Source of the DNA: Girardia tigrina
Taxonomy: Eukaryota
Assembly: GCA_001938485.1 (NCBI GenBank)
Contig: MQRK01251261.1
Coordinates: forward strand, 1-50,615
Direction: 5' to 3'
Length of the DNA stretch: 50,615 bases
A model generated the notes under the pieces. The model searched no databases. It was not told the DNA's origin and was given only the letters and a program-made list of their open reading frames with translations. Shown piece by piece: positions 50,030 to 50,615 of this stretch. Each line of letters opens with the position of its first letter. Position 1 is the first letter of the stretch. Position numbers and translations under genes: made by a program.

Positions 50030-50615
50030 TTCGAGAGACCCGTTTGCACATTAATTCTAGGATCTAGAGATCTGACATAAAGGCCACCCTTTCCCAATAG
50101 TTTTTAAAACGAGTACACAAAATTTTAAAATCATTTATGTTTATATTTTGGTTCGAATTACAACCCTTTCTGTGTTCTGCAATATTACTCGCACCTACAT
50201 TACGACCATGTTCTTGGATTCTCCTACAGAGATCACTGGACGTCTCTCCAATGTATGTGGCATTACACCCATTACATGTAAATTTATGTACGAGATCGTA
50301 ACATAATCCAAATAGGGTTGGAGATTTATTACAAAATACATTTTGCATTTTATATGTTTGTGATATTAGTTTTTTATAAGTAGATCTTTTTCAATTAATA
50401 TTGTTCAGGAACTTCGAATTTTCCGTTTCTTTCCTTTATGAGACCTTAAAAAGTTTTTTTTGATCAAATTTTTAGATTATCATATATTGTGATCGCAAAT
50501 GAGTAAGTGTGCAAAGTTTGAAGAAAATTGTGACAAAATTTCAAGTTGAAATATGTAAAGATATCCTGGGATATACATTAGATGCTCAAAGCTATGGTCG
50601 CTGTATAGAGCATCT
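50030..50615 (-). mobile_element. Penelope-like element remnant with GIY-YIG endonuclease
   Basis: [29 protein letters not shown]...[15 protein letters not shown]. Confidence 0.9.

Noticed and set aside
1-50615. CRISPR arrays, prokaryotic operons or defence systems, rRNA/tRNA genes, alternative genetic code
   Set aside because: No repeat-spacer arrays or RNA-gene signatures seen. Jagged and the kinase translate cleanly with the standard code, so in-frame stops elsewhere are best read as decay.

Overview
AT-rich eukaryotic (invertebrate animal, probably protostome) genomic DNA, not prokaryotic. The main feature is a minus-strand Jagged/Serrate Notch-ligand gene. I reconstructed 14 coding exons (48045 down to the stop at 11253; about 970 aa: DOS/EGF1-16, vWC/cysteine-rich region, transmembrane helix, short tail); the signal peptide, C2 and DSL exons were not found in the window and presumably lie beyond its right end. 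Its introns are either tiny (42-101 nt) or 1.6-11 kb and full of transposon remnants: mariner/Tc1, hAT, piggyBac and P-like MITEs, a Ty3/gypsy gag-pro piece and several Penelope-like element (PLE) pieces, one with a minimal hammerhead ribozyme. An intronless CaMKI-like kinase starts about 350 bp after the Jagged stop on the same strand. The left 10 kb holds an IS630/Tc1-type transposase pseudogene, an LRP-like pseudogene fragment, a Harbinger-type MITE, and an unexplained GC-rich unit (about 3390-4305, minus strand) with five GT-AG micro-introns and no intact ATG-initiated ORF, which is the best candidate for something undescribed. All calls were made by eye from motifs; no database searches were run.
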